64,000 nt of DNA from Lingula anatina (GCA_051362555.1 CM120646.1:23622001-23686000), one strand, 5' to 3'; positions 52,401-64,000 are shown, numbered from the stretch's first letter. Translations and numbers: made by a program. Notes: generated from the letters alone by a model not told the origin.

Positions 52401-55400
52401 TCTTTTTTGCCTCATATTAGCGGGAAATATGTTCAGCATGACTGTTACTCAGGTGCGAAACATAATTTGGTATTAATCACTGGCAAAATGTCAAGGTGCA
52501 GGACAGAATATTTCACCAATTGTCAAACTGTGTTGTAAAAAGGTTTGTCATAATTGATTACCTTAAATAAAACTTTTACCTAAATAAAACTTGCAAATAA
52601 AGCAACAGGCATGGTAGTGGCTTTCTTTGGTCACTGACCAAACAAATATTGCATGTCTTATTAGTGAACAACTTGGCCCCGACTTAATGCTCTAGCTTTG
52701 AGAGTAAAGAGACATTTGCACAACCTAGACCATCTCAGCTACAATATACTGCTACTGACTTAAGTGAGAGGAAACTATTTCTATGGTCACCAGAGAACTA
52801 TAACACAGAAATGGTAAGAAACACGTAGTAAAATTACTCACTTTGTCCCTCAGACTTCAGCTGATCTACAAACATGTCCACATCTTTAGTCTTACTGCCT
52901 AGCTTCATGGCTTTACCAGTACCAGAGGGACGACTGGAAGAGGAAAACAAGACTTTGCAGTCATCATCATGTTTAATAGCACATAGGTTCTGATTCAAAT
53001 ACTGCAAAGGCAAGTACACTTTAAATTTGGATGATAAAAACTATAAAACTTGATTCAATCTTCTTGCCAGTGAAAGTAAGCACAATACTCAATTAGTATA
53101 AGAGAAACTTTGCCAATACCACCTAAAAAGAGTTGACAATATACTTGAATAATTTACTGTATACCTAAGGCCACACTTTTTTATTTTTATGGATGACATC
53201 CTCTGGGTACCCCAAAATCGGTGCGAGAGGGCGAAAAAAAAAAAAACAGTCCAAAAAAAAAAAAAAACTGCTTAAGTAAAGGAATGCTGTCAGTACACAG
53301 CTGGAAACACAAATTTAACCACAGAAACACGTATCAAACTAACAATATGTCTTTATCCATGCTCTCAAAATATTAAAGCATTGTGAATACTTCGTAGAAA
53401 TGTAAAAAAAAGTCATGAATTGATACTGTATACTTCATATTACCAAATCTATTTAAGGTTATTTCATGCATTCATTTGGTATAGCAATCAATAAAACAAA
53501 TATCAATCAAACAGTGTGTCTTTATTTGTATTCTCAGAATATTAAAACATTTTGAACACTTCACAGAAATGTTTAAAAAATGATGCAAAGATATGCTTAA
53601 TACTACCAAATCTATTAAAGGTCATTTCAGACGATGCCATTTTGTCAACTTCAACTCACACGAAGCAGCTAAACTGGCCTGTCCGACCTTCAGCCCACCA
53701 AATACCTCGACGCCCCTTGTCGACCCTTTTTTCGCTACAGAAAACCTGGTATTAATGTGCTGCTTTAAACAGAATGTCACAGAAATGTTTCGGCCGCCGC
53801 CAGCCTTTCGCACAATTGTAAAAAGGTGATATCTCCATGCCCAATATCGATGGCATACCAATCCAAAACGATGGCGCCTGTTCTCTTTATGACTTTTATT
53901 GTTGTGTAATTTGAAAGTAATCCTAGAGATGAATTTGACAGCAAAGTGGCCGCATTTCCACGTGGCAATAATACGCATGCGCAGAAAGCTCATTTCCTTG
54001 CAAATTCAATAACAACGTTTGCGACAACCGACTTCGTTGGGGGCTGGGGGGTGGGGCTTTTTTTTTTTTTTTTTTTTTTTGGAGAACGGGCGAAAATCCA
54101 TGCGCGCGCAGGATGTCATCCATAAAATTAAAAAAGTGTGGCCTAAGATACAATGAAGATAAGATATAAACAAAACAAGGAGAAAATGTATCAAATTGTG
54201 CAAAACAGATCTAGAATAGAGTCTAGACCTGTGATCGAGTTTGAGTAATTGTTCTTCCTTCGCTGAACACCAGCCTGGTACATGGTAGAGAACAGGTTGT
54301 TAATGACAGTGAAGGACCTTAGACATCGACACCATCATCATCCTTTGCCCTTGGGCAGAATGGCAGTAGTAGCAGCATGTTTAGACCAGGTCCCAGTTTC
54401 ATCAAAAAAATTCAGTCAGGTTCCTTGACTAAGAAGTTAATTCCCAAGGTTACATGGTCACAACTTAACCTATCAGGAGCAGTGTTACAGCACACTCATG
54501 GAAATCCTAGTCAACTATGCCAGGGAACTGACTTTTTACCCTTTTTTTCTTTTCTTTTTTTTTTTTTTGTGAATCTGGGGCCAGATTTGTTTCTGTCTCA
54601 TGATACACAAGTCAGCAATAGTAAAAATTGAATAATGTCACAGGAATATGCAATAATTTCTAGAAAAGTTCCACTTACGCTGGAGGAGTATAGGCAGGTT
54701 TGGTTGGTTCTGGAAGTGCCGTCTCCATGACAGATGAGCTGGAGCGGAAGTCGCTGCTTCCAATCCCTTTATATGCTGGTCCTCCACGCTTGGTATTCTC
54801 CCTCTTCTGTTGTTGGAGTTCTTTTGCTCTCTTACGCATCTGTTCCTTGGCTTCTCTTTCTTGTGTCTAGAAATAACAGGTTTTAAGCTTTTACCTTCAT
54901 TTATAAGTGTCCAAGTCAATGTTCACTTGTCCCAAGATGTGATCTACAGTAGATGAAAATTGATCAAAACAACTCTTAAATGTGCACTTGTCCTATCAGA
55001 TCAGTGATGATGAATAACCCCACTCTCAATAAGACCATAAAACTGTACTATTTGTCTGACAGCTGGACTTCAATCCCAGACTCTCATTAAGACCATTAAA
55101 GATATGTTTTTACCTGTCTGACAGCCTGGAACACCTTCTCTTCATGTGAGTCCATCTCAGTAAAGGTCCTGATCTGGGCGAGGTTGACGCTCTCTCTGTA
55201 TCCCAGTGCCACTATCTCATCAAAGGCAAAGATCAGTGGGAATGCTTGGTCAACTATCTCTGACTCCTCCATGGCTCGGCAGTACTCTGGGATCTGCAAT
55301 TCAAATATATATATATATATATATATATATACAGCTTATAAATACTAGGAAGAGTGAAATGTGGTCCCTTACTGGCTTACTCATCTTACAGCAGTTAATG

Positions 55401-57222
55401 TAATTTTGCCTCAAAATGAGAAATAAGCCAAACAAATTCTCTGACATCTAGACAAATTGAATGCAAGGGTATGAGTAAGTGTCAAGCCAATTTCTATCTG
55501 CTCATTTTCAATACCAATTGAATAGGGGTCAGTTTACTAAACAGAAACAATTGGTGGGCATGATAATTTTTTGCATCAAGGTCAATTTCATCTATAAAGG
55601 ACTAAATCTGTAGTTTAAGATCTCGCTTACAAACAATGCTGTCTTTTCTCTTTAAGTTTGCCTCATATTAGCGGGAAATGTGTTCAGCATGACTGTTGTC
55701 TCAGGTGCGAAACAGTTTGGTGATAATCATAGGCAAACACGATATTGCTCATAAAGTAACAACCTGGCTTTTGCACTAAGTACAAGATGTCAAAATATTG
55801 AGGATATAGTTTTCACCACTTTAAATGTATATATCATTATTCAAAGCACATATTTTTATGGGGCAATATCAAGCCTTGATCAAACTAAGTGCAAATATTA
55901 TATAAAGACCAATATGATGGGGGAAGCAAAAGATTTTTACAATGATTCTTCCAAATCTGATGAAATGAAAATGTGTCGTCTAAAACTAAAATGCATCAGT
56001 GAGGATCCTGGGAATAAAACAATTAAGAAAATGAATTAATAATAATAATAATTTACTGTCATATTTATACATAAAATTATAAAATGAAAATTGATCTAAT
56101 TTGTCGATAAAATGAAATACAACAGAATAATTAAAATCCATTACTTACAACTCTGGCAAATAATCTCAAGGTCTCTAGATCCTCTAGGATATTGCTGGCC
56201 TTAGTGGTGATAAGCAGCATGTACAGTTTCTCCAGGGGCTGGTACACGTAGCGCACACTCTCCGTCTCCACAAAGGTGTGCTGTTTCCCTGTATTCATCA
56301 GTTTGGGGAAGGCTGCCAGCAGACCCTCGATCCTGGACCTGGTCATCTCCACAAACTGACGGGAGATTATGGCTGAAAAGGGAAACATTGAAAACTTTTA
56401 AATAAACATTTAAGGGAGTTTTTGGCAGCTCATATGACCCATAAAAAGTCTTTTAAACAGCTCCTGTGAGTTATTTTCAATTTCCTTTCAGTTTTATTTA
56501 GTAATGTAGATATGAAAAAAAAGTTTAATATTAGCCCTGTGTAGTACAGTTTAAGTGATAAATCAGACCTCACCACTACTTCAAGTATAGCCATAGTTTG
56601 TCATTACAAAAAAAAAAAAAAAAAAAAAAAAAAACTCACCCTTGCCTGTCTTGTTACAGACAGCAGCTGCCAAAAGCACCTGTAACAGATAGTGAATCTC
56701 GTTATTGTGTATAAGTTAATTATCATTATACATACATACATAAGACTGGTGAAATAAAAGTGTGGCATTGTTGACTTAAGTTGTTTTTCTCATCAACCCA
56801 TGCCTGATCCTAAACTCAGATTTTATAGCTGCCATGCTGACACAGTTCTTTGATTAAAGACAAAGTGGAGTCATGTACTGATGAGTTTTACATTTGGAAA
56901 CATTAGCAATAATAAAAACAAGTGGATGTCAAATTTAGAACATCTTCAGGAAAGAGATTGATCACTACCCTTCTGCTTTCAAACACTGCCTTTATTAAGG
57001 AACTAAAATAATTTCAAATTTTCAAACGGATCACAACCTTAAGTTATTCGCTTGATCGTTCAGAAAGAGAGTCAAATATTCATTCGTGGCAATGAATGAT
57101 CCGACCTTCGTTCTAACAAGTGGCTTTGATCATTTTAACAAGCCGGTACGTCTTTCAGCATTAATTTCTATATATTTTCCCTATGCATACATCAGATTTT
57201 AATTTGCCAATATGCTTACCAT
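49493..57222 (-). CDS. ARCN1: Coatomer subunit delta (archain), complete
   Basis: ATG-only first coding exon 57222-57220, then 56679-56640 ([13 protein letters not shown]), 56372-56149 ([24 protein letters not shown]), 55293-55114 ([33 protein letters not shown]), ~54866-54677, ~52934-52842, ~52112-52040, ~51590-51426, ~51077-50929, ~50566-50446, 50042-49851, ~49582-49493 (stop TAA). Confidence 0.96.
52405..52488 (-). ncRNA. Candidate intronic box C/D snoRNA, copy A (ARCN1 intron)
   Basis: On the host sense strand: terminal stem TTTTGCC/GGCAAAA, box C GTGATTA, D' CTGA, C' ATGCTGA, box D ATGA. Paralogous to 55656-55738. Confidence 0.7.
53169..54143. mobile_element. 975-bp non-autonomous PIF/Harbinger-type DNA transposon in an ARCN1 intron
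   Basis: TIRs of ~33 bp, GGCCACACTTTTTT.ATTTT.ATGGATGACATCCT / AGGATGTCATCCATAAAATTAAAAAAGTGTGGCC, with TAA TSD on both sides. CpG-rich interior and no transposase ORF. Confidence 0.85.
54390..54581. mobile_element. Short MITE with CAG target duplication
   Basis: TIRs GTCCCAGTTTCATCAAA / TTTGTGAATCTGGGGC, inner inverted AGTCAGGTTCC / GGAACTGACT, CAG on both flanks. Confidence 0.6.
55656..55738 (-). ncRNA. Candidate intronic box C/D snoRNA, copy B (ARCN1 intron)
   Basis: Terminal stem GTTTGCC/GGCAAAC, box C ATGATTA, D' CTGA, C' ATGCTGA, box D ATGA. The guide segments TGTTTCGCAC and ATTTCCCGCTAAT are identical to copy A. Confidence 0.7.
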
Positions 57223-57846
57223 TATGATATCTGTTTTTTCGCAGTATAACGCTTCAAGTCAGTTTAGATATGTTGCAAGTCGACTAAACTTCTGTCATCG
57301 GCGTGGACTTCCAACTCATCCGACCAACATGGCGGCGGCCACGTATAACTATAATATCATTCCGCTTTAAGTGAATAAACCTCCAAATCTATGAAAATAT
57401 GCACACCATTCCCTAGAGCAAACAAAAATGCTTCCATTTAAATGGTTTTTATCATAACAGAACTGATTCTTTATTTATTATGCAACTGTATCTATAAATT
57501 TTGAGGACTAGTCTTTTGATATTATTTTCCGGCGTAGTACTCACAACAAGTAATACGCGTGTATATATTTAGCACATATCACAATAAACTAATAAGCAAA
57601 ATGGTTTATGATAAAAAATTTGTATTGGATTTTATAAAATACTTTATGTTAAGATATTATTCTGGGTTTCATTACTCAAAAATTGTGATTTTATAATGTC
57701 AAACACAGACATTTTACTCGCATTACTTTATAGTCACGTGACTCACCAGACGGGTCAAAATGGCTTCCGGACCGGAATGCTAGGTGTGATCGGAAGAAAA
57801 TATTGGTTTATTTCTTATTTGCGAAATACTTGTTTTATTTACTAAG
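57223..57846. promoter_or_regulatory. Divergent promoter between ARCN1 and the unidentified gene
   Basis: YY1-type AACATGGCGGCGGCC (57326), GCCACGT (~57338), palindromic E-box GTCACGTGAC (57733-57742) overlapping TGACTCA, and AAAATGGCTTCCGG (57757). Donor AAG|GTGAGT at 57847. Confidence 0.65.
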
Positions 57847-59442
57847 GTGAGTAGTAAGTCCAAATTATTACTTTTGTGGTTAGTATGAACGGTTGTCAAT
57901 ATCTTAGTTCTGTAGTCGATTGTGACGCTATAAATTCCCAACGGCGGGGCTATCATGCTGTGCCAATATTGGGAGTTTTTGTCATGTTAGAGATATCACA
58001 TTGTTAAATAAGTAGACTGTGTGTGGGTGTCTGGAATCTCACGTGCCACGATGTCACTCACTGCACCTTGAATTGACTCCAAATATTAACTGGAAATTAT
58101 AACCAGATTGAATAACAGCAACTCGTCTTGCCCTATTTCTGTTTGTGCTACTTTGTGTTGATGGAACACCTCATTGTCATACCTGGTATATGGCAGATAC
58201 CTAGCACAGATTGTTTTTTCATGAAAATTTTCCATTTAAGTCGAATCATGATGGATCAGTTCATTATTCTCATAGAATGAAGTGTGTATACACCCCAAAA
58301 ATCATCACTTAAGGCTTGAATAAAAGCTGATATGAATTTATTGTGCAAAACAGTCACATTTTAGAATCCAGTGGTTGTTAGAAGTAATAATAAATGAAAT
58401 TACAAAAAAATTAAGTGGAAAAGTAAGAATCGCATGAAGCTTTATAGTTTATATTCATTTGAAAGATTTGTGTGCATTTAAGGTAAAGGATAAGGCACTT
58501 GATCAAGCTAGGCAAAACAAATGAAATAATAATAATAATGATTATTGTACTGTAGGTTTTTAATATACTATCTAAACTGTCTTAAACCATTAAGAATTGT
58601 TTGCATTTTTATTAGCATCAGCCTGGTTGAGTGCAGTGAACATATTGACTGGAGACTCATCAATACAGTTATGACTCATCATTGCCACACACGGTTAGAA
58701 TATCTGAATGTATTATGTCCCATTTTACCCATATATTGATCAAACTTTTGAAATGTCCTGAACAGTCTTAGTGGTCAAGAATAAGGTATAAACAATAAAG
58801 TGGGAATTGGTTGTTTTTATCTTTGCACTGCCCCTGATAATTCCAAGCAGGCTGCACTAGATTTTTTCAGTGTTCCATTGCCACATTTTTTCATAATCAA
58901 TATTGCTATAATGGATGTTGAACGAATGTGGCATGGCATTTTTTGCATTCATTGCACCTAATGCATTAACATATATATGAGTGCATTGTACTTATTTCTT
59001 GTGATTCATCTAAATCAGTTGAGTCAAGTTGCAGTGACCCAGGACACTTGTACCAAGGCTGGTGTATAAGAGAACATTAACATACATAGTAAATACATTA
59101 CAAGCAATTAAGTTTTATTCGTTTTGTAGAGGAGAATAAAGATGATCGGGAAACTCAGCATTAGTTCATTACTTACTTTTATAGTAAGGCACAGAGCCCT
59201 TGATTGGTGGAAATGTTTTGATATCATGTCATTATGGAACTCATATTGCTAGAAAGGTGATTAAGTGATATATGTAAAATAGGTGTGAATGTCTCATCTA
59301 TAAAACAAAAGAGACAGTGTTAGCTATTGTTGAGAATCCTGTATGTTACAGTATGTTTTCTCATTTCAGAGCAGTGAGAGACAGTGAAGATATGGCAAAG
59401 ATCCTGGAATCTGATATTGATTAGAATGGCCACAGGAGGGAT
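57750..59442 (+). other. 5' exons of an unidentified gene (~57750-57846, 59130-59183, 59370-59442); possible start MATGG at 59426
   Basis: Canonical donors GTGAGT, GTAAGG and GTAAGT, with pyrimidine-rich acceptors TTTGTAG and TTTCAG. No further coding exon was recognised in the window. Confidence 0.45.
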
Positions 59443-62400
59443 GTAAGTGAATAGTTTTATACTTCATTCATAATCCTTGCTCAGGGCCCCTATTTCAGTA
59501 CACAGGCCCTGTTCACAGCAGTAATTGAGGGGACAGGAGATTGGAGAGAGGGCTGAAGTCTCCAGAGGATTTCACATTGCTGATTGAAAAAGAAAATATA
59601 TTTAACTAGTAATATATTATTTAGTGCTCTTTTTTAGATCATTAGCTTGTCTTTGATATAGAACAAAATATGGTTTGGATGCATTAATAGTGATGGTAGT
59701 AATTATTATAAAATTTTGAAATAGAAAATTATAAAAGCAGTGCTCATTGCCCCCTGCCTGATCAATAGGACACCAAGCATTACATGGATGTGTATATATC
59801 AGTAATGGTATCTTGTGTAGCCTGTGTTCTACCATCAGTAACAGATGGACCTGTAAAGAGGGATACAGACCAGATTGCATAGTGATGGGAATTGTATTGT
59901 TCTTATACAACATTATTGACGGGATCAGCTCTGGTGAGAGTGCAAAAAGAAGGAGATTGATTTGCATTGCATTAATTGTGGCATTTGAAGGTCGCAAACT
60001 CAATTACATAAGTTCAGATTATGGCAGAGATTATGATTTTATTGATTGATTTTTTTTTTCAGAAAAGTAACAGTGACATGTACACTTTCTGGGACAGTAG
60101 ATTAGACCCAATACATTAGGTGTTATGATATATATTGATCAATGAATAATAATCATTATCATTTTTGTATCTGTGTTGAATCTTGCTGAATATTTTTGTC
60201 AGTATCTGTATGGTAGAAATGCCATGAAAAGTTTTCCCAGGCCTAGCTACCTCTGTCTAATATTCTAATCCTAAATGTCTTAGCCCTGTGTGTGATCATT
60301 TGGTTATAGAATGAGAGAGAAAAAACATAAAAGAACCTTAGAATTTTATTTTAGTCTCTAAATGACTGTAGATTTTATTTCTAAGATTTTAATATTCTGT
60401 GCATAAAAAGTGAGAGGCTGTATTAAAAGAGCTGAAAAGTGTATTTGGTGTTTATCAATCAGATTCAAATTGTATGAGTCATTTGCCAGCAGGGACTCTT
60501 GTTTTATAGGGACTTATTTATGGATGCATGAAAATATTCTTCCAAAAACAACATAAGAATACCAGTCAGTGTTCCAGTATCATGTTTACAGCATATTAAA
60601 GACTGTGATGGATTGTTGGGCAGGGTTAGGGTGGAAGCAGTGAATACTGCATTGGTTATTTACTAGTATTTGTTGTTTCCATACCACATTGGATATTTAC
60701 TAATACTTGTTGTTTCCATGTTCTATGACCACATGACTTTTATATGACTTCATGTCAGGCAAGGATCAAGTTTTGTACATATAGCCTGTATGAAAATCAT
60801 TAGGCATCGAATTAAGATAATGTAACTTTCTTTCTGTAGTCTTGTGCCTATGTGATACAAAGTGCCTCAATGGTTGCAACTATTTCAGTGCGGACAGTAA
60901 AAGTATGAAAAAATGCACACTTTTGTCCTGTTTCAAGTAAAAAATTATTTAAAAAAGAAATTAAGAAACTGGAGAGTTCTTAAAGAATATGACGTATTAT
61001 ATTTCATGCAAAGAAAATTATAGTTAACACTTGAGCAGTTTATGTGCTTGGCGAGAGGGTAGCATGTCAGCACACCATGTAGTGTTATATAGCAGGAAGA
61101 GAGACAAACATACCGGACATCCTCATACATATTTGATAGTGCCGACATGATGCCTGAGGTTAGCTAAAGGTCTTGAATACATCAACTTCCTTCCTTTCTT
61201 TCCCTTGCCTATAAATGGAAGGAAATGAGGGAATATAGAAATTAAAGTCCACAATAAATTTGAAAGTTTTCACCATACATTTGGACCACCTAGATGTATT
61301 TGAACTTGGCCAAGAGGGTTTTGTTCATGTGCATCATGTTCCTTCTCTTTTAAGCAATTTTATATTTGGTTTTCTTTGCGTGTTATATGCCAATTATCTA
61401 AGCTGTTGGGTTGGAGACAAATGGGTTTGTTAACCAGAATGACGTTATTTTGAAATTCAGTGAAGATGCAACTTGGCAGAAAATTGCTGGAGGGAAGGAT
61501 GAGCCAGTCACTTGAGCATGAAAAGAATTCTTGTGCACCTCTATTTAACACCTTGCCTGTATTTCTCTGGGCAATCCCACTAGTTTAATTAAAGGACATT
61601 TCCAGAGGGGCCTTTTAGTTTGCACACCCCGCGACCCTGCTACTAGAATAGATCTAAATGTAGAGTGATTTGTATTCAACTCTAGTGTTTTGTGTTGCAA
61701 GAATACATCAGGAGCTACCTGTCACCTTGTTTAGATGTACATATAGCTGTACCAAAATATGTGTATCTAAGAGTTATAAGCAAATTGTTGTGTTAAGAAA
61801 TGAATTAAGATTTTTTTTTTAATTTAAATTTTACTTGATTTATAGTTTCAACTTTAAAGAGTGAGGGAGGCGCAACAGTTTAAGAGCTTGTATCACTTGT
61901 TTTTAACACTAATAAAAAAGGTACTGCTTATTGTTGTGATAGGACACATTAATGTATGCCAGACAGCACCAGAGCATATTGTCCTGTGTGGATCCTTTGG
62001 CACTTTATACAGGCCTTTTGAGGAGTAGAAGGGGGCCTGTAGAAACAACCCAAAATTTAAACTAGATTTTTTTAGCAAACTCTATGGTTAAAAGGTCCAC
62101 CTTTTCATAAAATGCCCCCCCCCCCCTTTCCCCGGATACAGCTGACTAAAGGTCCATAATCATTAAATTACCATGTAAATTCCACACAGTAGTGTCTGCT
62201 CATCATTGATTCTATAGCTACACAAGATAGTAAAGCTGTTCTTATACCACAAAGGGATCTTGATTTCAACAATCTCTTCAAAATGCTCTTAGCTACACCA
62301 AGATTTCAATGGTCCTGTTTCCTACTGTCTCAAATCACTTAGTTCAGTGACAGACACTGGTGACAGACAGGTTGTGTTAAGTGACATTTAGAGGACTACA

Positions 62401-62565
62401 GTGGTTAAAGCTGAGTGGTAGTAGAGACTTCAAAAGTCTGTCTCGTCTTAATTCTTATCTTGGTGGTGCCGTCAGACTGTCACAAATGACTTAACCAGGT
62501 CATCAAAATGCTCCAAAAGGGGTTGAAATAGTTTGAAGACGATAATCTGCTGTAGTCAGACTATG

Positions 62566-62750
62566 AGACCATTCCCAGACCCTGTTGTACTAACCGTGGA
62601 TCGATCTATCTCCAAGGGGAATCTCGCTATATTGCAGTCAACATGCCAGACATCTAAGCTGCTTAAGCTGAAAACAATTTTCTAGTAGCAAGAAACCCCT
62701 CGGAGATGGATCGATCCTGTTAGATTGATCTAGGTATGGGAACCCAGTCT
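62566..62750. mobile_element. MITE, same family as 38879-39095
   Basis: Ends AGACCATTCCCAGACC / GGTATGGGAACCCAGTCT, inner GGATCGATC symmetry and a shared internal motif. Confidence 0.55.
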
Positions 62751-63167
62751 ATGTCTGCTGTAGCCAGTATGTGGCTGTTCCATCTTCTCTCTTTCTACTG
62801 TTGACCCTGTGGCCTTATTGATTTTGTGTTGTCTGTGAGCTAAAGAAAGAACTGTTGTGTTGACTTGTTCAGTGGGGCGTGGGGTTGATTGGAGTAGAGT
62901 TCATGGGTGGGACATGGAAGACGCTGTAGGAGGCGAGAACATCCATGGCTGTCAGGTGAGGGTTGCTATATTAATGGTAGGTCAGGGTTGGTGTTAACTG
63001 CCTTATGTACCATTTGTACTTGATGGTCAGTAATCAGTAGTAATATTCCAGAGGTTCTGCAAAGCAGGTGTTGAGGTACATAGTGCATATGTTAAAATTG
63101 GGGCACCTGAGATATTCAGAGGATATCTGTTTACTAAGTACCCTTACTCTTACTAAGCTTACCAATA

Positions 63168-63169
<2 letters not shown>

Positions 63170-63262
<93 letters not shown>

Positions 63263-63320
63263 ACAGTCAGTGTGTGCATGTGTGTGTGTGTGTGTCATAG
63301 TATGCGCGTGTGTGTGTGTT
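63170..63320. repeat. (GT)n microsatellite
   Basis: Read directly. Confidence 0.95.
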
Positions 63321-63911
63321 TGGCAGGAAGGGTAATACAGGTGATGTACTGAAGATGTGGTAAAGAATGCTTACATAGCAGATGAAGTGTGACGCAGACA
63401 GTATACATTGTGCACTTTATCTTTAGGTCAGTTTACCTCTGTGTGTGTGTGTGTGTGTGTTTGTTTGCATGTGTGGGGGTGTATAATATGATGGGGAATC
63501 CAGTACATCCCCACTTTTGGTACGTGTCACCTTGTACTTCTTCCTTCTATCAATACAAACCATGCTGATCACTGGCACAGGTCAATCCAAATATAAATAT
63601 CAGTTATTTAATGTTATGTTGTTGTACTTCACTGGCTGACCATGTGGTGGAAGGTGTGTGTGTTTCTGTTTCCTTCCACCAGGTGTGTCTGTCTGTTAGA
63701 TTGAATACAACAGGTATGTATATACTAACACATGGACCTGTGTGTTTATATGTCTGGCCTGTATTTATCTAAGAGACAAAACCCCTGTATAGAAATAAGT
63801 ACACATGTTTGTGTTGATATGTCACATTTATTATTTTATTACTGAGTGATTAAACACGTTCATGTTGTGAGAGTTTTCATAGCAGTGCACATTGTATGTT
63901 TTGAGTGGGCA

Positions 63912-64000
63912 GTAGGGGTGTCAGGGTGGGTGCTAGGGGGGTGTCAGGGTGGGTGCTAGGGGGGCGTCAGGGTGGGTGCTAGGGGGGCGTCAGGGTGGGG
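63912..64000. repeat. G-rich 23-bp tandem repeat running off the right edge
   Basis: Unit GGTGGGTGCTAGGGGGGYGTCAG, about 4 copies. Confidence 0.9.

Noticed and set aside
53552-54203. Cluster of overlapping ORFs as a transposase or novel gene
   Set aside because: No recognisable domain; they lie within a non-autonomous element with homopolymer runs.
54200-54350. ATGATGA-containing segment on the minus strand as another C/D snoRNA or an ARCN1 alternative last exon
   Set aside because: No convincing box D with terminal stem, and a poor acceptor.
59617-60049. 128-aa and 78-aa ORFs as exons of the unknown gene
   Set aside because: No recognisable motif or consistent splice signals.
63034-63352. 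HT- and VC-repeat ORFs (also IY repeats at 23464-23658)
   Set aside because: They are microsatellite translations.

Overview
AT-rich, intron-rich animal genomic DNA, probably an invertebrate (the repeat content looks lophotrochozoan/mollusc-like; this is inference). Most ORF-track entries are spurious or partial exons. Reading splice sites by hand gives five recognisable multi-exon genes in three head-to-head pairs: USP25/28 (-, 5' part, runs off the left edge) with GPR89/GPHR (+, complete); HAUS5 (-, complete) with AMP deaminase AMPD2-like (+); and delta-COP ARCN1 (-, complete) with the 5' exons of an unidentified gene (+). Introns and UTRs hold several non-autonomous DNA transposons, microsatellites and minisatellites. 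The most notable signals are in splicing architecture. (1) Local tandem duplications are anchored on exon/intron or CDS boundaries in all five genes, with up to 16 copies of an intact 5' splice site. (2) AMPD has a pair of 63-nt homologous, probably mutually exclusive exons and a candidate alternative terminal exon. (3) A HAUS5 intron has an array of four micro-exon-like units. (4) ARCN1 introns carry two paralogous box C/D snoRNA candidates with compensatory C/D box changes. (5) There are two U12-type introns and one GC-AG intron. (6) YY1-type motifs double as uORF start codons in front of five genes. No CRISPR, rRNA or tRNA was seen.
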